Assembly (NCBI GenBank): GCA_016939315.1
Contig: JAFHAZ010000052.1
Coordinates: forward strand, 100,348 to 164,347
Direction of reading: 5' to 3'
DNA: 64,000 bases
From: Streptococcus sp.
GTDB lineage: Bacteria > Bacillota > Bacilli > Lactobacillales > Streptococcaceae
Made by a program: the position numbers and the translations under genes. This document shows, in pieces, positions 1-8,452 of the stretch. Within the stretch, counting starts at the first letter, position 1. Every line of letters starts with the position of its first letter. Below the pieces are notes generated by a model. It was not told where the DNA came from. It made no database searches and saw nothing but the letters and a program-made list of their open reading frames with translations.

Positions 1-1424
1 AAAAAACATTTTGGGGCGGGCCTAGTTTCTCTGGAATCTATGGAACTGATAAAAACGGTGTCCTCCTCGAGGGCATCCAACGAGGCTCTGATGGTCACCT
101 TCACTACTTCCAACCTGAGGTAAAAAGTGTTGATAAGCCTACATGGAAAGAAATCGATGGCAAGCGCTATCGTCTAACAAAATCATATCGAACAGAAAGA
201 TATGCTGGTATGTACACCACTATTATCCTTGCAGATACTACTTTGAAAGTCGATGATAAGACCTACACAATTGATAATGAGGGAGTTGCAACTGAGTTTA
301 CGGCCAAAAACCAATTTGTTCGTGATGACAATTGGAACTGGTACTATTACGATGCTGATGGCAAGTTCCTAACTGGTCGTCAAACTATTGATGGTGTTCA
401 ACTCTACTTTGATGCTAACGGTAAACAAGCTAAAGGTACTTTGGTTGACATTGATGGTGACACTTACTACTTTGACAAGGATAGTGGGGCTATGTGGACC
501 AATCGTAGTCTAACTCTCAATGGAATGACCTACGAAATTGATGACCAAGGACGTGTGACATCGTCACTTCGAAATACCTTTGTTCAAGATAAAGATGGTG
601 ACTGGACCTATCTCAAAGATAAAGGGCAAGTAGCTACTGGATGGCAGACTATCGATGGTGTTCAACTCTACTTTGATGGTACGGGGAAACAAATCAAAGG
701 TGAGCGTACACTTATAGATGGGAAGTACTACTATTTCGATAAGAACAGTGGCGAGCTCCTCCGTAATGCATTCCATTCCTTTAGTTCCTCATATAAGCTC
801 TACTTTGGAAATGATGGTGCTCAAGTTTTCGGATGGTACACACTAGATGGTCATCGTGTTTACTTTAAAGAAGACGGTCTACAAGCTAAAGATAAGGTAC
901 TTTCAATTGATGGCAATTATTATTACTTCAATCAAGATGGCCAACTTCTTGTTAATGGTTCCGCTAAATCATATAATAGTTTATATCTTGCAGATTCAGA
1001 AGGAAAATTATTATCCGGATGGAGAGAAATTGACGGTAAGACCTATTACCTAGATCCAAGCAACCAATATCGCTATATCAATACAACAGAAACCATAAAT
1101 GGCAAGACCTATCTTTTCGGTTCTTACGCAGAATTATTACGTAATGAAACTAATTCCGGTTACGTTTCAGACGAAAATGGAATCGTTCGAATAGGATTCT
1201 ACCGTACTGATAAAGGATACCTATGCTATCTTGAGCCTAGGGTAATCGAGTTCTACCAACCAACTTGGAAGGAAATCGACGGTAAGCTCTATCACTTTGA
1301 AAAATCAACTTCATTAAGGAAATATCTTTACGGATCTCCAATCACAACCAATGCAACCCTTGAAAAAGATGGTAAAACTTATGTCATCGATGAAAATGGT
1401 GTGGCAACTGAGAAAGTGAATTAA
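1..1424 (+). CDS. Glucan/cell-wall-binding (YG/CW_binding) repeat protein, 5'-truncated by the window edge
   Basis: The frame of ORF 210..1424 is open from base 3 (KTFWGGPSFSGIYGTDKNG...), so the real start lies upstream. Repeated motifs such as WYYYDADGKFLTGRQTIDGVQLYFD. No LPxTG and no catalytic motif seen. Confidence 0.85.
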   Translation, partial: KTFWGGPSFSGIYGTDKNGVLLEGIQRGSDGHLHYFQPEVKSVDKPTWKEIDGKRYRLTKSYRTERYAGMYTTIILADTTLKVDDKTYTIDNEGVATEFTAKNQFVRDDNWNWYYYDADGKFLTGRQTIDGVQLYFDANGKQAKGTLVDIDGDTYYFDKDSGAMWTNRSLTLNGMTYEIDDQGRVTSSLRNTFVQDKDGDWTYLKDKGQVATGWQTIDGVQLYFDGTGKQIKGERTLIDGKYYYFDKNSGELLRNAFHSFSSSYKLYFGNDGAQVFGWYTLDGHRVYFKEDGLQAKDKVLSIDGNYYYFNQDGQLLVNGSAKSYNSLYLADSEGKLLSGWREIDGKTYYLDPSNQYRYINTTETINGKTYLFGSYAELLRNETNSGYVSDENGIVRIGFYRTDKGYLCYLEPRVIEFYQPTWKEIDGKLYHFEKSTSLRKYLYGSPITTNATLEKDGKTYVIDENGVATEKVN

Positions 1425-1449
1425 TGGGGAAAGAAAATCTTTCTTCTAC

Positions 1450-1482
1450 TTTAAGAAAACTTTAGGCTTTGCTTTATATACT
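1450..1482 (+). promoter_or_regulatory. CiaR-type promoter (direct-repeat box plus -10), copy 1
   Basis: TTTAAG-aaaac-TTTAGG (1450-1466) is one mismatch from NTTAAG-N5-TTTAAG. TATACT (1477-1482) follows exactly 10 bp later, the geometry of streptococcal CiaR-activated promoters. Confidence 0.8.
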
Positions 1483-1488
1483 ATAACC

Positions 1489-1549
1489 ATCCTAAAACTT
1501 TTCTTTTTCATAATCTCCTAAATCCAGGGCGCAGGTCCTGGATTTTTTT
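1489..1549 (+). ncRNA. Cia-dependent small RNA (csRNA-like), copy 1
   Basis: About 61 nt: ATCCTAAAACTTTTCTTTTTCATAATCTCCT (anti-start TTTTTCAT, anti-SD CTCCT), then hairpin AAATCCAGG...CCTGGATTT and a T run, directly behind the CiaR-type promoter. Start site inferred. Confidence 0.8.
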
Positions 1550-1652
1550 GTGTTTTTAAACTCTTATGACTTCTAAAATTGCAACATTAACCTTGTTAGT
1601 CACTTTTGAATGTAATCGTTTTTTTATTTTTGTCTAAATTTCTTATATTTTC

Positions 1653-1680
1653 TTGAAAGTCTCTAAAATAGCGCTATAAT
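1653..1680 (+). promoter_or_regulatory. Sigma70-type promoter of the 1707 gene
   Basis: TTGAAA-16 bp-TATAAT, followed by GGAGG RBS and ATG at 1707. Identical copy at 4173-4200. Confidence 0.7.
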
Positions 1681-1706
1681 AGGACTTAGGAAATGGAGGA
1701 AAAAGT

Positions 1707-3959
1707 ATGAAAGTACATTCTAATTTTGACGGACAAAAGTCCAAAAAACGTCTGATTGCATTCTCATGTGCAACTGCTCTTGCTAGCTTTGCTTTTATCG
1801 CAAGGCCTGCATTTGCGGAGGAAGCTAAAGCTGACAACTCATCAAACCTTGATGTGACTGCTGCTACCACTGCCAATGTGGAAACTACCGCAGACCTCGT
1901 CGAAACTAAGGTTGTTGAAGCACCTGCTACTACTGAAAATGTTGCTAGCACAGAAAACACCACAAATGTCTCAGAACAAGCCACAACTTCTACAGCAAGT
2001 TCTGAAACTGCCAGTGAAACAGCTTCAACAACTGCAAGCGAAAGTCAAGCACCTGCGGAATCAGCCGCTGGCCAAACACGTGAGGCTGTAACTACAGACC
2101 GAGCTGCCAATGAGGCTGCATCAGCAACCGCAGATACCAATAGTGAAACCAATGTTACCGGTGGTCAATATTATAGTGATAGCCTTGGTAACTGGTATTA
2201 TAAGGATGCTAGTGGTAAGAACCTAACTGGCGACCAAACTATTGATGGTGTACGTGTCTCTTTCCGCAAAGATGGTAAACAAATTAAAGGGCCAGATTTC
2301 GATTGGTCTGGTGATCTCCGTCGTTATTTCGATGATAATTCTGGTCAACTTCAAACCAATCGTTACTTAGAATACAAAGGTAATTGGTACTATTTAGGTG
2401 AAAATGGCTATCCACTCACTGGAGAACAAACTATCAACAGTCAAGAAGTCTATTTCAATTATAAAGGTGTTCAAATCAAAGGTGACTTTAGCGGAGAGTA
2501 CTATAGCTATCCAGATCAAACCTTCTATTACGACCCTAACTCTGGTGCAAGGGTCCGAAAAGAAGGTCTAGTTCAGAATCAAAAAGGCCAAACCTTTTAC
2601 ATCAAGAACGATGGTTCTAAATTTACAGGAATACGTGAAATTGATGGTAACATCTACTATTTTAAAGCACGTGAGGCTGCCTCTCCTGTTGATACTGGTG
2701 TCCTACAAAAGGGAATCAGCATTTTACTAGAAGAAGGTCAAAATTCACCACGTACTTACGGTTTTGGTACCCCTAATAATATTACACGTCGCTATTATTT
2801 TGACTCAGTCACTGGTCAAGCCGTTAAAAATCGCTATGTCCAAGAAAATGATGGTTGGTACTACTATGGTGAAAATGGAAATGCTATTCGTCCTCAAGAT
2901 GGTGAAGTCAATATAGACGGTCAAATCGTTTACCTCTATGCTAATGGTCGTCAAGCTAAAGGAGAGCTTGTTCTCGACAATGGTATTCTTCGCTACTATG
3001 ACCCTAATTCTGGAGCACGCGTCTCTAACACCACTCTAACAATTAATGGTATGACCTATCGATTTGATGAAAATGGTGTCGGTACAGATGCTCCTAACCC
3101 AAATGGTTATTATAGCGATGATAACGGAAACTGGTATTATAAAAACGCAAATGGAGACAACCTTACTGGAGCTCAAATTATCGATGGACAAAAAGTATTC
3201 TTCCGCAACAATGGTCAACAGGTTAAAGGTGCTTATGGTGATTCCTACGGTGATTTATACGCATTCTACGATATTAATTCTGGAAATCTTGTAACCAATC
3301 GTTATGTTGAATACATGGGTAATTGGTTCTATGTAGGTAAAGATGGTAAGCCAGTCAAGGGGGCTCGAAATATCGATGGACAAGATGTCTTCTTCAACTA
3401 TCGAGGAGTACAAGCTAAAGGAGGATTTGGTCAAGATGGCGTATATATGCCTGAGTACTATTACGATAAAGATAATGGTCGCAAAGTAACCAAAGCTGGG
3501 TTTGTTAAAGATAACAGAGGCTTAACTTACTATCTTGACGAGAAAGGTGAAAAAGTCCTTGGACTTCATGAAATCAATGGTGATTTATATTACTTCCGTC
3601 AAGGAGGTGCCTATAAATACACCCAACTAGGTGACATGTGGCAAGACAGTATTAATTACATCGATGGTAAAATCTACTACTTCGGTCAATTTGGTAAGGC
3701 TGCCAAAAATCGTTTTGTCTTTACGGAAGGAGCTTGGCACTATTTCTACGGCGATGGTACAGCAGCTACTGGTGCCGTTCAGATTAATGGACAGAAACTT
3801 TACTTCGATAAAAATCATGGTAGACAAGTTAAAGGCGCTTTTGCACCAGATGGTCACTACTACGATGAAAACTCTGGTGAACTCGTCACTAACCAAACAC
3901 GTACTATCAAAGGTGTAACTTATCATTTTGATGAGAATGGTAATGCGACTAAAGTTTAA
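1707..3959 (+). CDS. Secreted glucan/cell-wall-binding repeat protein (750 aa)
   Basis: Basic then hydrophobic signal peptide ending AFA-EE, Ser/Thr/Ala/Glu-rich linker, two internally duplicated YG-repeat modules, no LPxTG. Confidence 0.88.
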   Translation: MKVHSNFDGQKSKKRLIAFSCATALASFAFIARPAFAEEAKADNSSNLDVTAATTANVETTADLVETKVVEAPATTENVASTENTTNVSEQATTSTASSETASETASTTASESQAPAESAAGQTREAVTTDRAANEAASATADTNSETNVTGGQYYSDSLGNWYYKDASGKNLTGDQTIDGVRVSFRKDGKQIKGPDFDWSGDLRRYFDDNSGQLQTNRYLEYKGNWYYLGENGYPLTGEQTINSQEVYFNYKGVQIKGDFSGEYYSYPDQTFYYDPNSGARVRKEGLVQNQKGQTFYIKNDGSKFTGIREIDGNIYYFKAREAASPVDTGVLQKGISILLEEGQNSPRTYGFGTPNNITRRYYFDSVTGQAVKNRYVQENDGWYYYGENGNAIRPQDGEVNIDGQIVYLYANGRQAKGELVLDNGILRYYDPNSGARVSNTTLTINGMTYRFDENGVGTDAPNPNGYYSDDNGNWYYKNANGDNLTGAQIIDGQKVFFRNNGQQVKGAYGDSYGDLYAFYDINSGNLVTNRYVEYMGNWFYVGKDGKPVKGARNIDGQDVFFNYRGVQAKGGFGQDGVYMPEYYYDKDNGRKVTKAGFVKDNRGLTYYLDEKGEKVLGLHEINGDLYYFRQGGAYKYTQLGDMWQDSINYIDGKIYYFGQFGKAAKNRFVFTEGAWHYFYGDGTAATGAVQINGQKLYFDKNHGRQVKGAFAPDGHYYDENSGELVTNQTRTIKGVTYHFDENGNATKV

Positions 3960-3971
3960 GATATCCCTTAC

Positions 3972-4004
3972 TTTAAGAAAACTTTAGGCTTTGCTTTATA
4001 TACT
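3972..4004 (+). promoter_or_regulatory. CiaR-type promoter, copy 2
   Basis: TTTAAG-aaaac-TTTAGG-10 bp-TATACT, identical to 1450-1482. Confidence 0.8.
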
Positions 4005-4010
4005 ATAAAC

Positions 4011-4071
4011 ATCCTAAAACTTTTCTTTTTCATAATCTCCTAAATCCAGGGCTCAGGTCCTGGATTTTTTT
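4011..4071 (+). ncRNA. Cia-dependent small RNA (csRNA-like), copy 2
   Basis: Same sequence as 1489-1549 except one base in the terminator loop (gctcag versus gcgcag). Confidence 0.8.
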
Positions 4072-4172
4072 GTGTTTTTAAACTCTTGTGACTGCTAAAA
4101 TTGTGACATTTGCTTCCTACTCTCTTCATATGCAATCGTTTTCTTATTTTTGTCTAAATTTCTTATATTTCC

Positions 4173-4200
4173 TTGAAAGTCTCTAAAATAGCGCTATAAT
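4173..4200 (+). promoter_or_regulatory. Sigma70-type promoter of the 4227 gene
   Basis: TTGAAA-16 bp-TATAAT, then GGAGG RBS. Confidence 0.7.
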
Positions 4201-4226
4201 AGGACTTAGGAAATGGAGGAAAAAGT

Positions 4227-7100
4227 ATGAAAGTACATTCTAATTTTACTGGACCTAAGTCCAAAAAACGTCTGATTGCATTCTCATGTGCAACTGCTCT
4301 TGCAAGTTTTACTTTAATCGCAAGACCTGCCTTCGCTGAGGAAGCTAAAGCTGATAACTCATCAAACCTTGATGTGACTGCTGCTACCACTGCGAATGTA
4401 GAAACTACAGCAGACCTCGTCGAAACAAAGGTTGTCGAAGCACCTGTTACTACTGAAAATGTGGCTAGCACAGAAAACACCACAAATGTCTCAGAACAAG
4501 CCTCAACTTCTACAGCAAGCTCTGAAACAACCAGTGAAACAGCTTCAACAACTGCAAGTGAAAGCCAAGCTCCTGCAGAATCAGCCTCTGGTCAAACACG
4601 TGAAGCTGTAACTACAGACCGAGCTGCCAGTGAGACTGCAACAGCTAACGAAACTTCAAACAGTGAAACAAATGTCACCGGTGGTCAATACTATAGAGAC
4701 GAATATGGCTACTGGCATTACAAAGATGCAAGCGGTAAAGACCTGACTGGACCACAAACTATTGATGGCGTTAAGGTCTACTTCAATCCAGGCGGTGTTC
4801 AGGTTAAAGGGAACTTTGGCTGGGACGGTCACTATTATGACAAAGACTCTGGTGCTCTTGTTACTAATAAATTCGTTGAAGAATATGGTAGAACCTATTA
4901 CGTTGATGAAAATGGTAACAAGGCAATTGGTTCCAAAGAAATTAATGGAGCATGGAATTATTTTGATAAACACGGGGAACTAATTACAAATAATTTTGCT
5001 CCTGATGGCCGTTATTATGACAAATATGGTAAGCAAGTGGATTTCGGAAGAAACCGCTATTTCGAATTAAACGGGGAATGGTACTATGCTGGAAATGATG
5101 GTGCTATTTTAAAGGGACCACAAACCATCGATGGCGTTAAGGTCTACTTCCATCAGAATGGTATTCAGGCTAAAGGGTATTTTGTTAAAGATGAGGAAGA
5201 TAATAAATCTCGATACTACGATAAGGATACTGGTGCTCTTGCCACCAATCAATACGTTATCGCTTATAATCCTTACAAACATCGAAATGAACGTTATTAT
5301 GTTAACGACCAAGGAATTCGGTTAACTGGGCCTCAAACAATTGACGGTAAACAAGTCTACTTCGATACCTACGAGGGAAGCCAGGTTTTCGACAATTTTG
5401 CTGACGATGGCTGCTTTTACGATCAAGACGGTAATCGTGTCAACCTTGGTATCAATCGTTATGTTCAGGTCAAAGGCAACTGGTACTATGTCGGTGAAGA
5501 TGGAAAAATCTTGAGAGGTGAGCAAACTATTGACGGCGCTCACGTTTATTTTGAATATGGAGGTAAACAGGTTAAAGGAGATTTTGACTACAACAAACAA
5601 TTTCACGATAAATACTCTGGAAATTTAGTTACTAATCGTTTCGTAACAGTTAAAGACAAAACCTACTTTATCGGAGGCGATAGCAAGGCCATCAAAGGAG
5701 CAACAGTCATTGACAACACTGAATACTTCTTTGACGAGAAAACTGGAGCCCAAGTTAAGGGAGATTTTGCTAGTAACGATAAATACTATGATGGAATCAC
5801 TGGTGCTCTCGTAATCAATAGTTATGTCCAAGTCGACAAAGACTGGTATTATGTTGGAAATGACGGTAAACGGCTTAAAGGTTCTCAAACCATTAACAAT
5901 GTTCCTGTATACTTTGACCCTTATGATGGTAAACAAGCCAAAGGTGTATTTGGCAATGATGGCTACTTCTACGACAAAGATTCTGGTGCTAAAATAGACC
6001 TTGGTACCAACCGCTACGTTTTCATCAACGAAAACTGGTACTACCTTAATGAAGAAGGAAAAATCCTTAAAGGCGATCAAACCATCGATGGGGTACAGGT
6101 TCACTTTGATCCATATTATGGCAATCAGATTAAAGGAGAATTTACCGATAGTAGTGGGTATGTGGTTAAAGCAAACTCCTACACTAGCCCAGTTAAATTC
6201 TACGATAAAGATTCCGGCGCTCTTGTAAAAAGTCAATACTTCAGCCATGATGGTAAATGGTACTATGCAGATGTGGAAGGAAATATCCTTAAAGGCTCAC
6301 AAACCATTGATGGGGTACACGTTTATTTTGATGATTATGGAGTTCAAGCTAAAGGTATTATCGCTGATGGCTATTTCTATGATAAAGATTCTGGAGTCCG
6401 TCAAGATGTTCCTCGTGATCAATTTGTTAAGGTAGGAGATAAGTTGTACTACTTTGATAGCAAAGGTCAAAAAGGAAATAAAACCATTGATGGTAAGGAT
6501 TATTACATACTAAATAATGGTGAAATTCTTCGAGATTCTTTCGAAATCTATGGGTCCCTTCCTTATCACGATAAAGAAACAGGTGCTGCTGTAAATAAAA
6601 CTGGATTCCTTCAAGTTGGTAAGGACTGGTACTATATTGATGCTAATGGTACTAAGGCAAGGGGACTGAAAGAAATTGATGGTAAGCTTTATTTCTTCTC
6701 TAACAATCCAATGAACAAATACGAAACGCACGAACAAGTTCGTGGAAAATTAGCTAGACCCTACTTTTATATTTCATTCCCAGATACAGCAGAAGAAAAC
6801 CCAACCTACTACTTCGACGCTGAAACTGGAGCTGCTGTAACCAACCAATTCGTCTATACAGACGGACACTGGTACTACTTTGGTAACGATGGTAAGGCCC
6901 TCCTCTTCGATCAAGTCATCAATGGTCAACACCTCTACTTTGATTATCAAGGTAAACAAGTTAAGGGCGATTTCGTTACAGACTACAAAGGAACTCGTTA
7001 TTATGACGAAAACTCTGGTGAGCTCCTCACCAACCAAACCCGTACCATCAATGGTGTGACTTATCACTTTGATAAAAATGGACGTGCGAAGCAATTGTAA
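4227..7100 (+). CDS. Secreted glucan/cell-wall-binding repeat protein (957 aa), paralog of 1707..3959
   Basis: Near-identical first ~150 aa, many WYY..DGKILKG.QTIDG..VYF repeats, shared C-terminal YYDENSGEL.TNQTRTI.GVTYHFD, no LPxTG. Confidence 0.88.
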   Translation: MKVHSNFTGPKSKKRLIAFSCATALASFTLIARPAFAEEAKADNSSNLDVTAATTANVETTADLVETKVVEAPVTTENVASTENTTNVSEQASTSTASSETTSETASTTASESQAPAESASGQTREAVTTDRAASETATANETSNSETNVTGGQYYRDEYGYWHYKDASGKDLTGPQTIDGVKVYFNPGGVQVKGNFGWDGHYYDKDSGALVTNKFVEEYGRTYYVDENGNKAIGSKEINGAWNYFDKHGELITNNFAPDGRYYDKYGKQVDFGRNRYFELNGEWYYAGNDGAILKGPQTIDGVKVYFHQNGIQAKGYFVKDEEDNKSRYYDKDTGALATNQYVIAYNPYKHRNERYYVNDQGIRLTGPQTIDGKQVYFDTYEGSQVFDNFADDGCFYDQDGNRVNLGINRYVQVKGNWYYVGEDGKILRGEQTIDGAHVYFEYGGKQVKGDFDYNKQFHDKYSGNLVTNRFVTVKDKTYFIGGDSKAIKGATVIDNTEYFFDEKTGAQVKGDFASNDKYYDGITGALVINSYVQVDKDWYYVGNDGKRLKGSQTINNVPVYFDPYDGKQAKGVFGNDGYFYDKDSGAKIDLGTNRYVFINENWYYLNEEGKILKGDQTIDGVQVHFDPYYGNQIKGEFTDSSGYVVKANSYTSPVKFYDKDSGALVKSQYFSHDGKWYYADVEGNILKGSQTIDGVHVYFDDYGVQAKGIIADGYFYDKDSGVRQDVPRDQFVKVGDKLYYFDSKGQKGNKTIDGKDYYILNNGEILRDSFEIYGSLPYHDKETGAAVNKTGFLQVGKDWYYIDANGTKARGLKEIDGKLYFFSNNPMNKYETHEQVRGKLARPYFYISFPDTAEENPTYYFDAETGAAVTNQFVYTDGHWYYFGNDGKALLFDQVINGQHLYFDYQGKQVKGDFVTDYKGTRYYDENSGELLTNQTRTINGVTYHFDKNGRAKQL

Positions 7101-7144
7101 GATAAGTCAGGAAATCGACTAAAATTATTCTTACTAGGCATACA

Positions 7145-7186
7145 AACAAAAAGCCAAAATCAGCATGCTGATTTTGGCTTTTTGTT
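7145..7186. terminator. Bidirectional intrinsic terminator
   Basis: Perfect 42-bp palindrome AACAAAAAGCCAAAATCAGCA|TGCTGATTTTGGCTTTTTGTT between convergent genes. Confidence 0.85.
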
Positions 7187-7197
7187 AGGTAAAGAAT

Positions 7198-8214
7198 TTA
7201 TTGCTCCTTTTTCAGTCTTTTTAGGTGTTTATAAAGACCGAAGGCACGATCCAGTTGCATAGATTCGATAGGACGTTTGCCCTTGATATAGAGATTTCCA
7301 TTGGTCGCATTCATCAACCCTGTCTTAGCAATGGCATAACCAGTAATCATACCGCTATAAAGGAATCTTTCTAGTTCCTTGACATCTAAAACTCGACTTG
7401 AAGGTTCAAGGGGACCATATTCTGCTTCATAAATATCTACAAGTCTTTTAAACTTATAGGCCGTTTTTATGGGCATATCTCCGATAGTTCCTTTTGAATA
7501 ATAATGATAAAGATTCTGTGGGCTTAAGTCTGCAGAGGCTACCTCTTGACCGTTGGGCGAGAAGGGTTGTAGCTTAATAAAAGTATTGAGCTTACCAATA
7601 TCGATGTGGTAGTCGCTAACATTTTCCTTAGGAACAGGGAAATCATCCCTATCAATAATCTCCCTTCGTCTAATGGTAGCCAACAATTCATAAGGCTCAA
7701 CTCTAAGTCTTTTTGAAAATTTTTCCAAAGTATCAAGCGAAACCGTTCCTCTTTGATTGATCAGGTTATAGTTGGTTTGAGCCATACCAGATGATACTAC
7801 AAAGGCTGTCATGTGTTCTCTGACTTCCCCCTCATCCATATCTTCCGTGATTTCCAGCTTCTTGCGAATGTTGTGCCACAAGTTTTGGGTGACCTGATCG
7901 GGATCTCTTGGAAACTCAAAAACCTCATGCTGATTGTCTCGAGCTAAGAGCTTCCCAAGTGTAATGTTTTTCCCAGTCACCTTGGCCAGACCGTTAGTAA
8001 TGGTCACAATCTTTGGGATATTTCCCTTAGGCTTGTTCATAAAGAGCATCCGAAGGCTTCCTGACGGAATCTCCGTGGCTTCTGAGAGCTCTCTGTAACT
8101 CTTTTTGTCTTTCCAAAATTCCCCCATTCGAGCTTTTTCTGCATTTTCCCAGAAAAGCTCCTTAAGAGGTTTGGGGGCATTCGGCTCATCCGAAAATAGT
8201 CGTTTTGACATCAT
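7198..8214 (-). CDS. Hypothetical protein with multiple XRE/Cro-like HTH units
   Basis: 338-aa ORF with GAGGGGAG RBS. HTH-like segments: KKSYRELSEATEIPSGSL, VSLDTLEKFSKRLRVEPYELL, ITGYAIAKTG...KGKRPIESMQLDRA. Confidence 0.65.
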   Translation of the reverse strand: MMSKRLFSDEPNAPKPLKELFWENAEKARMGEFWKDKKSYRELSEATEIPSGSLRMLFMNKPKGNIPKIVTITNGLAKVTGKNITLGKLLARDNQHEVFEFPRDPDQVTQNLWHNIRKKLEITEDMDEGEVREHMTAFVVSSGMAQTNYNLINQRGTVSLDTLEKFSKRLRVEPYELLATIRRREIIDRDDFPVPKENVSDYHIDIGKLNTFIKLQPFSPNGQEVASADLSPQNLYHYYSKGTIGDMPIKTAYKFKRLVDIYEAEYGPLEPSSRVLDVKELERFLYSGMITGYAIAKTGLMNATNGNLYIKGKRPIESMQLDRAFGLYKHLKRLKKEQ

Positions 8215-8341
8215 TGTCTCCCTCTAAAATTGCTGTTTTAAAATTAGTCCAAATCTATTATCTCATATTTTTAATAAAAATCAAATCATTCCCTAATTAA
8301 ATATATTTATAACTTTCTATTTGTGCTGATTTTTACAAGAT

Positions 8342-8384
8342 AAAAAGGATTTAGCTCAGTTTTACACGGAACTAAATCCCTTAT
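8342..8384 (-). terminator. Probable terminator downstream of mprF
   Basis: GGATTTAG...CTAAATCC stem with an A run on the left (T tail on the minus strand). Confidence 0.6.
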
Positions 8385-8452
8385 TTAGACAAACTATCGG
8401 AAGTCATAATAAAGCTCAAAAATCATCATATACTGTTTAATACTAAAAGTTA

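Larger units (their letters stand above)
3969..4768 (+). repeat. Second copy of an ~800-bp direct duplication (first copy ~1447-2248)
   Basis: Covers CiaR box, csRNA, promoter, signal peptide, linker and first binding repeat. High identity visible by eye, with a diverged patch at about 1585-1610 versus 4105-4130. Right boundary approximate. Confidence 0.9.

Noticed and set aside
1643..4483. Duplicated minus-strand ORFs 1643..1984 and 4163..4483
   Set aside because: Antisense to the duplicated signal/linker region; their similarity is explained by the plus-strand duplication.
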